Program-made: the position numbers and the translations under genes
Shown here: in pieces, positions 1 to 11,914 of the stretch
Numbering within the stretch: the first letter of the stretch is position 1
How the letters are laid out: each line of letters begins with the position of its first letter
The notes under the pieces: model-generated
Databases searched by the model: none
What the model was told of the DNA's origin: nothing
What the model saw: only the letters and a program-made list of their open reading frames with translations
Origin: Macrostomum lignano
Taxonomy: Eukaryota
Direction of reading: 5' to 3'
Length of the DNA stretch: 64,000 nucleotides
NCBI GenBank assembly: GCA_002269645.1
Contig: NIVC01000469.1
Span: 310,001-374,000 of the forward strand

Positions 1-704
1 TTACATTTGGTCCTCCAGGTTACTTATTATTCTTCGCTAATTTATACTACTAGCTATAGACTTTACAACAAGAGTAGTGCACACGAATTTTAATTCGGCT
101 TCATGGAAATCGCTCGATTTGACATTCTGTGTATATTCTGTGCTAGTGACTAGCGACTCTGGATGACATTTTAACAAATCAAACGACTCTAATGCGACAC
201 AGCCAAACTGCAGAGTCACGAGCGCATCACGTGAATTGCAGTCGTTGTGTCGCTTATAAATTTGCCATGCGATCATACAGCGACTCTTACACGTCTCAGA
301 TACAACTCTACGGTCTCAGAGTCAGTATAGAAGCGCCCCAGATTCACTTGCGTCCTGAGGAGTCGGTTCGGAGTTGCCGACAATAACACGCCTCAGATTG
401 ACTCTTAGGGGACTCGCACCGTGACATCTCGTCGTTTTAAGAGTCGTCTAGAGTCACTTCTTTCCTATTTTAACCTGTGTGAACTGAAACGACTCGGGCG
501 ACGCAAGTGACTCTGGGTCGTTTCTTGGCTTAGGTACTGTTTTTATCGGGAGAAGGACCGGTGCTGAGTTTTTATCGTTAATGCTCTCGTCATCAGCCAA
601 CCCTGCGAGATAGGACTTCACATTTCTGCACCTCGTTATAAAAAGATTCGCTTTATAAACGCTTTCCTTGCTACTAATCAGCTACTCAGCCCAGCGTCAC
701 TCAC

Positions 705-2899
705 CGAAGGAGCCCTCCTTCGTCAGCCACTCGCCTCCGCAGAGTCGCTCCTCCAGCTCAGCCAACTGCTCAGAGTTCACAAAGTGCGACGCGATGCCGC
801 ACTTCTTCACGTCCTCGCCAGACAGACGGTGCCCAGTCAGCGCCAGGTACACGCCAATTTGGGCGTGCAATCGGGGCAGGAAGAAGCCGCCACCGACGTC
901 CGGGAAGAAGCCAATGTTGGTCTCAGGCATGGCGAACACCTGGGCGATGCGGGTGTGCCATTTGCTGAGTCAGTGACAGATACTAACCCACCCACACCTC
1001 AGTCAGTGACGGATACTAACCCCACCCACATCTGAGTCAGTGACGGATACTAACCCCACCCACATCTGAGTCAGTGACGGATACTAACCCCACCCATATC
1101 TGAGTCAGTGACAGATACTAACCCACCCACACCTCAGTCAGTGACGGATACTAACCCCACCCACATCTGAGTCAGTGACGGATACTAACCCCACCCACAT
1201 CTGAGTCAGTGACGGATACTAACCCCACCCATATCTGAGTCAGTGACAGATACTAACCCCACCCACATCTGAGTCAGTGACGGATACTAACCCCACCCAC
1301 ATCTGAGTCAGTGACGGATACTAACCCCACCCACATCTGAGTCAGTGACGGATACTAACCCCACCCATATCTGAGTCAGTGACGGATACTAACCCCACCC
1401 ACATCTGAGTCAGTGACGGATACTAACCCCACCCATATCTGAGTCAGTGACGGATACTAACCCCACCCATATCTGAGTCAGTGACGGATACTAACCCCAC
1501 CCATATCTGAGTCAGTGACAGATACTAACCCCACCCACATCTGAGTCAGTGACGGATACTAACCCCACCCATATCTGAGTCAGTGACGGATACTAACCCC
1601 ACCCACATCTGAGTCAGTGACGGATACTAACCCCACCCATATCTGAGTCAGTGACAGATACTAACCCACCCACACCTCAGTCAGTGACGGATACTAACCC
1701 CACCCATATCTGAGTCAGTGACAGATACTAACCCACCCACACCTCAGTCAGTGACGGATACTAACCCACCCACATCTGAGTCAGTGACAGACTAACCCCA
1801 CCCATATCTGAGTCAGTGACGGATACTAACCCCACCCATATCTGAGTCAGTGACAGATACTAACCCCACCCATATCTGAGGCAGTGACGGATACTAACCC
1901 CACCCATATCTGAGTCAGTGACAGATACTAACCCCACCCATATCTGAGTCAGTGACAGATACTAACCCCACCCATATCTGAGGCAGTGACAGATACTAAC
2001 CTCACCTCACCCACACCTGAGTCAGTGACAGATACTAACCTCACCTCACCCACACCTGAGTCAGTGACAGATACTAACCTCACCCACACCTAGATGCTAA
2101 ATTTCAAACTTAATGGAATTTCCTCATAAAAAAGTTGGTCAGCCTTGGCTCTCACAGTTCGTTCAGTAGCCACCCGGTAGTCACCGTGAACTGATAGGCC
2201 CACGCCGCCGCCCATTGTGATGCCGTCAATGAAGGCAACGTAAGGCTTCTTATATGTGCCAATAGCGTGGTTCAGCGCGTACTCTTCTCTAAAGAAGTCG
2301 CGCGACAGGCTGCCGCCGGCTCGACCGGATCCGGCGCCAGTTTCGGCGCTTCTGGCGCTGACGCAGTCGTCAGCTATAGCGCGAATGTCGCCGCCTGCGC
2401 AGAAAGCCTTGAGAATTTTTTTAAGGGGATTTCTGCGTTGTAGGGGATCTGTAACCCTACAGAGAGTGTACATGCCCGATGATTAGACAGTCAGGGCTGC
2501 TGTACACCCTGTGTGAGCCTGTGCATGAGTGCCTGCCTGCGTACAGTATTGGCGCCGAATTATGTCGCCGAAAGCTGATATAGGAGCTAGTGCATTGGAG
2601 AAGATATTAAAACATACCTTGCCACTGCCAGGCGCAGGCTTAATGAGCACCACAGCGACCTCGGGGTCGGCCTCCCAATCCAGAAGTCGCGGGTGCATCG
2701 CCCGCACCATCGGCAGGCTGAGCGCATTCAATGCCTTCGGCCTGTTGAGCTCAATAACACCTGCGCAGCCGCGCCTGCTCAGCACAATATCCGGGTCATT
2801 CCCAGCCGAGGATGTCGAACAAAACATTGCTGGCAGGAGGCAACCAGGATGCTGCCTCGCCGCCAACTGAGGCAACTTTCGAAGCAAACAGAGAGCCAT
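705..2899 (-). CDS. HIBCH: 3-hydroxyisobutyryl-CoA hydrolase, mitochondrial (crotonase fold); 5' part, exons 2899-2618, 2407-2156, 939-705; remaining exons presumably beyond the window start
   Basis: Spliced translation gives [13 protein letters not shown]...GK|AFCAGGDIR...[31 protein letters not shown]|[18 protein letters not shown], hallmark HIBCH motifs. All junctions are GT-AG and frame-consistent. The N-terminus resembles a transit peptide. Confidence 0.93.
964..2090. repeat. 34-bp minisatellite (TGAGTCAGTGACGGATACTAACCCCACCCAYATC)n filling HIBCH intron 2
   Basis: Period read directly (unit starts at 1033 and 1067); roughly 33 copies. Confidence 0.97.
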
Positions 2900-3404
2900 A
2901 ACCAGCACAGGGTTGATAAACTGCTAGTTGCATGAGTTTTTTTTAAATTGCTATTTATTTATCAATATGCCAATTTGTTATGCTCATATTTATGCTAGCT
3001 AGGATATTGGCAATCATCCTATAGCATTAGTCAAAAACTATAAATTGATTTATAATCTTCTACATTGTTTAATTATATATAGGACCTATATATGCAAATG
3101 CAAATCTTAATATATTGCAATTGTTACAGGACAAGCAATGCACAACTAATATCAGGTGTAAATTTGTCCAGTATGCCTTAAATTTTATTCTAGGACTCTA
3201 GGTGTCCTATACAGTCAAAGGTGTTATGTCTGAGACTAAAGTTATCTATGGCCATAGCTTGTGCAACATTCTAAATGTTATAGAGTATTGAAGCTTGCAG
3301 CACCAAACTTTTCAAGCATAGTTGTAACAATTAATTTGGCCACTTGCCATCAAATAAAACATTTGATTTCTAACTTTACATTTGAGATCTTTGAGACTCA
3401 ACAT

Positions 3405-4830
3405 TGGCAATGAGGATGTCTAAAACCATTGAAGCCTTCAACATGGTACCCCCAAAAGAGCAGGAGCCTTATTTCAAAAGGTTTGAGCAAGCATTGATTG
3501 CTTAAGACATCAAGATAGATAAGCTGAAGCATGCAAATCTGCTGAATTCAATTGGATCAGAAACCTACCAACTTCTCAGGGACTTGCTGGCACTAAAGAA
3601 GCCTAGTGAGGTTGCATTCCAAGATCTAAAGATTGCTTTAGAAGACTACTTTTCACTTGCACCTCTTATGATAGCTCAACACTTTCATTTTCACCAATGC
3701 AAGCAGCATGAAGGGGAGAGCATGGCTAACTTTCTAGCCAACTTATGGAAGCTATCAGAAAACTGCAAATTTGGCATCTATCTGAACAAGCTTTGGGATA
3801 GGTTTGTATACAGATTGGCCAATATTCAAATCTAAAAATAGCTACTATAAGAGAAAGAAACAGACTGCACATTGCAAGCACTTTTTCAATTAGCACAAAC
3901 ACTAGAGGCAAGATATGTCTCTTAAACTCAAGGCAGAAAATCACATGCAAGCAAGACAATAAGGCTAAATATCATTGTTGAAATAAAGACAACTGCATAA
4001 GTAAACCTAGTGCAAGTTCAAATTAGCTACTTGCCACGTGTCATAAAGTTAGATATATAGCCACTGCTTATTGCTTAGCTAGAACTTCTTGCAGTGGACA
4101 TAGCACTAAGGTATATTCAAAGGGGTCTAGAAAATCCTATCTACTAGAGGAAGATGCTTTTATAAATCTGAATAGGGCCTACAAGAGTTATTAAAGTTTG
4201 TTCATTTATCAACATTAATGGATCAATCAAACATCAATCAAAGATAAGCCTCTATAGTTCTATAGGGCCTAGTTTTCTTCTAAGCCTCTATAGACTTTAA
4301 GTTGGACTGCAAATTAACAATAAACCAACTGTTTTAGAGTTTGACACTAGTAGTACTATTAGAATGATCTTAACTGTAAATAGACATGGTTAAGGCTAAA
4401 CAAATTTCTATAGACAGGTGTGCAACTATCATTTCTGATAATATGATAGAAAATCTATTCCGATTTAGGCAGTAGGGAGAAAGATAGATACCTATAGAGT
4501 TAAAGAATTGCAAACAAAAACTATGCATACTTATTACCAAGGGGAATAGTTTAGATTTGCAGTTCTTTGCAGTAGATGTGTTCATTGCTTATTGATGTCA
4601 TATCTTTATTAAGGAATGTGAGAAAGATTTTAGTCTGTTTCACCAAATGATAATAATTTAAAAACATTTTGGAGAAGTACAAGGATATGTACATAACTTT
4701 GCTCAAATGCATAAAGAAGCTGACTGCTCATCTTTTTATCAGAGAAGAGGCACAGTCTAAGTTTATGCAAGCAAGACCTATACCATTTGCTTTGAAGGAC
4801 AAAATCAAAAATGCTCTAATCTAGGACTAG
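3405..4830 (+). mobile_element. Decayed Ty3/Gypsy (Mag/K02A2.6-like) relic: PBS remnant, gag, start of pol
   Basis: Gag-like PLMIAQHFHFHQCKQHEGESMANFLANLWKLSENCKFG...LWDRFV (3584-3835); ARPIPFALKDKIKNAL near 4770-4820, a pre-RT motif; PBS-like TGGCAATGAGGAT at 3405-3417; many stops. Confidence 0.75.
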
Positions 4831-5411
4831 GACTAGAAGAAATGTAGCACAATGGAGTATAATAGAACCTAATATTAAAATAAAAATTGAATGTGATCAC
4901 TGCATATTGATATAATAAAGTAAAGTAAAATGTTGTAGGGCTACTTTTCTATTTTTTTCTTTTTCCTATTATTGAATATCCTAAAGCTGCCACCAAAGTT
5001 GATGCAGGGATGAGCTTCCCTCTATCGGTTAATGTACTTTTGTATCAAAGTTCTAATACTTATTGATAGCGTGCCTACTTTTCTATCTACTTCTAGATTG
5101 GTAGCATCTACTTATCTTATTGGTAGTGTCTATACATGTACTACACTCTTTGGCCTGAGCAGTCTAATGGCACTGTCTACTCTATTTACTCCTTTAAGTT
5201 TCCTCTCAGTCCTGGGCATCCTCTGGATTAGAGGGTCATAGCCTTATGCATTTTCCCTGCCCTGAGATGCTTTTCCTGCCCTGAGGCGATTCTCACTTTT
5301 AGTGGTTTCTGATACTCCCAATGAGGGGCTTGATACTCTAGAAAATGAGTAAGGCTTTTTGAATATTGCAATCTAGTGATTTAATATAGGAACAAGTATA
5401 TTCAGAGCAAG

Positions 5412-6921
5412 GGCAATAGTGCAATTTCGTTCGCAAAATTATTTTTCATTTAAATTTGAAAGTTCAAAAGCAGAAAACAATAACAACAATAAAAATTGAT
5501 GTTTTAAACCATTCTAACAATTTTGGCAGAGTTTTTAGCTCCCTGGTTGCCAAACTTTCCAACTTGTCATTGTGTTCTAGTGGCAGATACAGAGCTTATC
5601 ACTGGGCACTGTAGTAGTGGTGAATCCAGAAAAGCATGTTTCCGAAAGCTCTGTTTGCTCTGAACAGTTGGCGCCACATAAACTCCTGGATGTGGCTCTC
5701 GAAGAGGGCATCGCTTGTTCCATGCATGGCCCTGAATTTGGCCTTGCAATGTGCCCACGTTCCCTCAATTGTGTTGGTGTAGAGAGTTGCATCATTTGGG
5801 TCCACAAAATGGAGTCGATGGTTCACGACACCATGGTCTCTGTGGCCACTAACTACATTCGCCATGTGGGTGTAGGCTTGCCAACCATCAGTCAAGATCC
5901 ATGTGTCAGGCAGGACAAACTGCTGGATTATAGGAAGCAGTGTCTGAGCAGACCTGTTAGGCACAACAACTATCACACACTTGGGGCTACCCCTTTCTAC
6001 CATGCCAAGGACTCAATGACCCTCACAATATGCACCTTGCTGGTATTTGCAATGAAAAAATTTGCTTTCATCGATTTCAACAGTAGTGCCAGGTCCACCA
6101 AGTTGCATCGGGTGGTCAATGAAGTACTGGCAGCAAATGTCCCTGACAAAATTGAGCCAGTCCACAGCCATATGATCGCTAATGTGACACTCGTGTATCA
6201 CGGCCATCTTGGTCTCATTCCTGGCCCAGCAGTACAGCAAGGTGACAAGCTGCTGCAGTGTCAGGTGACTATTCTCAAAGAAAGAGTCCTTCCTGATGCT
6301 TTGCTGACTGCGGCAAGTCTTGCAGTCTTGCAGTCCCAGGCCCAGCTATCTACGAAGCGATCACCAGCTCGACGCTGCAGGTTCATGGGGGTCTGGGCTG
6401 GATAGGAGCATGTACGTTGGTTGCTGATAAGCACAACCTTGGCCATCCAGCGCATTGTATCCTCTGGTGTTGCCGTGGCAGCCATCAGGTCGCACGCATT
6501 TAGCTCTAGTTGCAGTAGAGCATTTGCTGGCAAGTGGCAGCACTTCATTCGGCGGAATTATCCACGAGGGTCTTGGTGGTTGTCCAGCCATGATACAATA
6601 TGTTGTCCAAAAGAAAAAGCAGATATTAGCAGCTTCTCAGCTAAAGGGAAACAGTTCAAGCCCCCCCCCCACTTGAGCCCCTTTCAATTTTTTAAACTAT
6701 TTTTTCCATTGACAACTTGCATTTTAAGTAGCATTTGAGCATAGCACAGATTTAATGAAAAAAGTATATTAATAGAGCGCCCATTTGCTTTAAAGTTCCG
6801 TGACCAGTGAGCACTGGCACAGTCGCTAGAATGGTTTAAAACATTGTTGTTATTGTTTTCTGCTTTTGAACTTTCAAATTTAAAAGAAAATTAATTTTGC
6901 AAATGAAACTGCACTATTGCC
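5412..6921 (-). mobile_element. Merlin (IS1016/IS1595-like) DNA transposon with disrupted transposase
   Basis: TIRs of about 100 bp starting GGCAATAGTGCA; perfect 8-bp TSD AGAGCAAG (5404-5411 and 6922-6929). Minus-strand fragments VEIDESKF, ILTDGWQAY and VNHRLHFVDP...TNTIEGTW...HIQEFMWR are typical of DDE_Tnp_IS1595. A frameshift and an in-frame TGA are present. Confidence 0.92.
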
Positions 6922-8180
6922 AGAGCAAGTTATTTAGCTCATAGAACTGAACACAAAGGAAACAAGTTGACACAATTTATTTTTCTTGGCCTCTTTTAGG
7001 CTCCTATTTATACTAAGATTTCTTATCATTTCAAACAAAAAATAATTGTGAAAAATATTTTTATAACTTACAAAATTTAAACAAAGGATAAAAGATTTGT
7101 TTTTAGCACAGATTTAAAATAGAGTTTTCTAAGAAACATAAAGACGAGTAAACTATTAAAACTACTATACAGTTATTATACTATTATTAATGCACTGTCT
7201 GAAAAATAATTAAAATATCAAATATCAAATAACAACTAATGTTAAAAAGCTAATAGAAATACATCTATACAATAAAAGAAAGCATTTTTCAAAAAGTTTT
7301 TTATTCAAATAAAATGTCTGACATTTCTGGCTAACATTAAATGTAAAACATTTAAAATATTTAATTTTTTAAATTTAATTTAATAAATATTAAATTTATT
7401 AAACAGTTTGAAAAAAGTCTCTTTTAGCTCTTCACTCTCTTTACTTTATTCTCTACTCTTCTCATTAAAAAATTAAAAGAATTTAGGAAATTTAAAATTT
7501 AAATTAAATTAGGCCCTATTACATTAATATTAGATGATGATAAAGTAGGCCTCGCCTGCCTAGCCTATGTAGGTGGTGCATGTCATCATTAATATGAAAA
7601 AGGCTTATTAAAAATGTGAAATTCATTGAAAAATTAGGGGCTTTTATATCTTTTAAAATTGAACAAAATGGATAATTTTGATAGGAATTTTTTGCCCCGA
7701 CCTGACCAAGTTCACGGCAGGGAGGGCCGGCCGATCGGCATCGGGCCGTGGTTGGAGGAAAATTCAAATTACTGTTTGGACAGTTAAACAAAAAATAATG
7801 GCAGAAAAGATAATAAACTACTGAGTTTTAGTACGCATATTCTTTCAGTACACAAGAAAAAAACTGTACAATAGTTTATACTAATAATTATATCAATATA
7901 TTATTAGTGGTTTATAAATATTTACATGTTTATGATCAGATTTCTAAATCAAAAAATCTCACTGAAGTTAAGTTTATGTTTAGCTTAAGTTTATTCAGTT
8001 AAGAACAAAGAAGACTGAAAGAAGATGTCAAGGCTCATGCGGGGAATTGCTGAGATGTCAAAGCTCACGGGGCTTTTCTGAGATGTCAAGGCTAAGGTCA
8101 GAAGCGCATAAACTACGTGTAGTTTATTCAATTTGTAGGAAATAAACGTCAATAAAATCATTGAATACAATTTTTCTTTT

Positions 8181-9193
8181 TAGCCAACGCGTTTCTTCAA
8201 ACATAAGACGTCGTCAGGCCGGCCAGTTCAAGAAACCCTAATTCACAACACCATTATATTTATGCATAAAAACTGTACAGTCCAAAGGCGGGTCAAGACA
8301 GTCCAGTCCGTTAGAATTTCAAAAGTGCCAAGCTCAAAACGAAAGGAGAGAGAGAAAGAGAAAAAAGACACGGAACTGCTCACATGCAGGACTCTTAGCT
8401 CACGCTCCGTACCCCATTGCCAGCTACATGCAGCTGCACATTCAAGTTGGGTTTGTGCATTCTGATATTATGAAGCTTAAATAATCTTAAATAGGTCAAA
8501 TTTGCACCCATCAAGCACTTTAAAGAGCTGAATCGGTTCACTGTCACAACATTTTTTACAAACAAGCAGATGTCATTAATCGCAGAGCTTTTTAGCCAAT
8601 GTTCCCTAGCTCTAGTGTGCAGGTGTCGCTTCGTTTTTCCAATATAGGAAACGCTCTGATCCTCAGAGCAGCGAAATTGGTAAACAACACCAGCCCTTAG
8701 AGCAAGTGGAACGGCTGACTTGAGCCTGCTAGCATAGCGACCAATCTTTTCAGTGCGAAAAACAATCCTAACGGTGCACTTAAGCCATTTGCTAAACGTT
8801 TTCTCAAGTAATTCCTGAAGTGAAAGTTTACCGTAAACCTACGTTTACTGGGATGAAGTTAAATTTCTATGCTTTATGTCCGTCTCACTGGAAAGTCGGG
8901 TTAGTTAGGTGCCTTCTTCACAGAACTTACGAGGTGAGCAGTTCTTGGAGTTTATTCCACCAAGAGGTTCATGCCCTGACTAAAATCCTCAGATCAAACG
9001 GTTACCCTCTCAGTTTTGTCAGCCGTATTATCAATGCGTTTGTCAACAAGAAAGTTTCCAACGATGTGGGATCCAAGCAACCGGAGATTGATTCTTGGGG
9101 CGCTCTGTTGGTTCTCCCATTTTTTGGTAACGTTTCGCTTGACTTCAGGAAAAAACTTAAGAAAACGTTTAGCAAATGGCTTAAATGCACCGT
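8181..9193. mobile_element. Penelope-like retroelement fragment with internal inversion: RT C-terminal part on + (8820-9193), GIY-YIG endonuclease and 3' region on - (8821 to ~8181)
   Basis: Plus strand: VYRKPTFTG...WKVGLVRCLLHR...LRSNGYP. Minus strand translated by hand: KCTVRIVFRTEKIG...GVVYQFRCSEDQSVSYIGKTKRHLHTRAREH...IRMHKPNLN. 8771-8821 is the reverse complement of 9142-9193. Confidence 0.88.
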
Positions 9194-9846
9194 CAAATCG
9201 ATAGCTATCGCAATTTGAATCGATAATGATCCACAGAGAATCTATATAACTACTTCTCAAAAAATAAGGCCTAAGATTGGGAAGTCTCTAATAGAAATAG
9301 TTTTCCCGTCACTCTTTCATCCTGAGATTCGTCAGGACGATTTGCGTTTGTCCTTTACTACTGTATCTCAACGGTCAAACCGATCTTGACCCGTAGACAT
9401 GCGGAGCAATAAATTTAATATTTAGACATGAGCTATCGATTGCATGCAAAAATTGAGAAAATCCTGTCAATGCTAGCTGCTTGGAGCTAGCTGCTGAGCA
9501 TACGAGCTGGAATAATCTATGTTGCCAAGTATGTACACTGTAGGACCTGACCAGCGTCTTGAATAACTTTCAAGAACTGATTGAAATGCACTAAAATCCA
9601 CAAATTATATAATGCTCAAACACACCATACCGACTGACAATTAGCGAATACACATATTGCTCATAGCGGAATTTGAATCAACTCCATAGAACCCTATTGG
9701 TTATTGAAGCCATTGGACAAAAAAGTGTGGTATCGACATCCTCATATAACTAAAATTATATTATGGAGTGACGACTACCAAGGCCTCTCGGCTTCTATAC
9801 AGATGAAGCCAGACACCGGCCTTCATTCCAATAGTTCAATAGAAAA

Positions 9847-11358
9847 ATGAATTCTACAGGTGCGTTTGGAAAACTTCGCATCGTCGGGTACGTAGAGAGC
9901 CCCATGGGCTTGGTGCGCGACTGCCTAAGCGGCAAGCCGGACAGACGTCTCTATTGCGTCATGTCTCACATTGTGGGTTCCGCATCCGGCATCCTGATGC
10001 CTCTGCTGCTGCTAATTGGTCTGGCTGGAAACTTCATCATTGCCAAAATGATGCTGACTAGCGACAAGCTGCAGCAACGCAGGCAGAATTTGTACCTGGG
10101 CTGCATCGCAATAGCTGACAGCCTCAGCCTGATTGTGGTCGCCCTGCTGAACTGATTTCTCACCAAGGGGCTGCCCTGGCTGACTGGCGGACAGTACGGA
10201 TTCTATCTGTACAACCTGAGCGACTTCTGGTGCAAAGTGTCAAGGTACATCCACCTGCATGCATGATTAGCAATCAAAAAGCACACATTAGAGGTACGAC
10301 GTATACTAGGGCAGTTCTCTAATTTGCATGACTATTAGACGGTATACTAGGACAACAAAGTAACACAGCATTCTCTAATGCAAATAATGCATCGACCCGT
10401 AGTGATGAGATTAAAGGTATAAATTAACGACAATTGGCATTTAGAACTGTAAAAATTTAATAGAATCAAATACTTACTTTGATGCTTGGAAAATCCTTTG
10501 AGATCATTCCTGCTCCAAACTTTGAGTGGCACTATTCGCACATCCCTGTTATTTCTAATCAAATCAAGGTACTCTGTGAACTTTTGCCAGCTGCTCTCCA
10601 GCCTGTGGCTTCTGCTTCTGGTGGCCGACCGCGCTCTGGCTGTCCACCGGCCACTGGTCATGATGCGCGCCAGCCGAAACGGCGCTAAATTAGCGCTTGG
10701 CGCCACTTTCGCGGCGTCGGCGCTGATCCCAATGCCCGCCTGCTTCCTCATCGGCCACTCAGTGGTGCAGCTGACCGAAGGCACTGGCCTGCTGTACTGC
10801 TCAAGCAACGGGGATCACCTTCAGCGCTGGCTGCTGCTGTTCTACATGCCGCTGGCTTCCAACCCGCCCACGCTCGCCATCCTGGCCATGCTGGCGCTGA
10901 ATGCCTTTCTGGCCTGCCGGGTGGCGGCAGCCTTGCGGGTTCGGCGCACCCTGCGCGGTGGAGGCGGCGATGGAGGCGGCAGCGGCGAAATGAGAGACCT
11001 GAGCGGCACCATCATTGTCATCATTCTGGGTGTGGTCTACCTGGCTCTCTACCTGCCGCTTCTCATTCTGAATCCGTGGTTTCACGTTGCCATGGAGACG
11101 CTGGACAACACCGCCAATATTGACTACCTGACCTTGCTGGCCAACCTGACGTACGGCAGCAAGGCCCTGGCGCTGATCAACCAGGCAACGAATTTCTTTG
11201 TGCTGCTGAGACGCAGCGCCGAGTTCAGACGCGAAGTCGGCTCGATGTTCTGCTGCTGCCGGAGCCGTCCAGCTGGCGATGAGCGGGCCAGGGACTACCA
11301 ACTGCGGCAGCTGGAGCCTCATCTGGGTGGGGCAGATAGCAGACAGCTCCATATGTAG
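9847..11358 (+). pseudogene. Rhodopsin-class (class A) orphan peptide-receptor-like GPCR; exons 9847-10244 and 10569-11358; in-frame TGA at 10153-10155 (pseudogene or base error)
   Basis: TM1 GLAGNFII, TM2 LYLGCIAIADSL, LN*FLTKGLPW...FWCKVSR|YSVNF...LVADRALAV (DRY-like), YLPLLILNPW, TM7 INQATNFFVLL. GT-AG intron joins in phase 2. Confidence 0.85.
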
Positions 11359-11914
11359 AGCTTCGCTATTTTTCCTCTGGATAATCCTTTTCTGAGACGT
11401 ACGGACAACAAAGATTATGGAAGCGTTATCCTCTGCCTCCTGCCTCTGCCTCCCAAATGACATCCTGATGTCGTCCTGCATCCCATCCGCTCCTCAGTGT
11501 CCCTCCCTGCCTGAGCCATGGCATGAGGTATCGCTGAAATGAAATTCAATAAAAAATTAATGGTCTGAACGGAAACTGAAGCAATACTCAATTCTAAGCA
11601 CCGATTGATAATCTATTCCTTGCATCGACCCAGTTATGATAATAAAATTGGAAATCTTGAAAAGCTTGAGCAGGCTATCATATGTTCATTTAAAATGCTC
11701 GAGTGTTTCTTAATCAAGCTCTATCGTCCCCGTGAGAGAGCCGCTGAACATCGCAGTGCCACTACAGTTGATTAATACGTAGCATGCATCAACGGTACAG
11801 GTAGTCTAATGTAGCTTTCTTCGAAAGTCTCTGTAGGCGAGGATAGGCCCAGCTCGCTTCCTGAGGCCAGAGCAGATCTATCTAACCATATCGGATGCCA
11901 GCTTTGATCTCGCA

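Noticed and set aside
5617-6405. 262-aa plus-strand ORF
   Set aside because: Antisense shadow of the Merlin transposase; no recognisable motifs.
9305-9345. Hammerhead-like CTGACGA-ATCTCAGGAT-GAAA on the minus strand
   Set aside because: The sequence after GAAA (GAGT) lacks the required U-H cleavage site, and the match can be explained by a simple TCCTGA/TCAGGA hairpin.
10801-11481. 226-aa minus-strand ORF
   Set aside because: Antisense shadow of the GC-rich GPCR exon 2.
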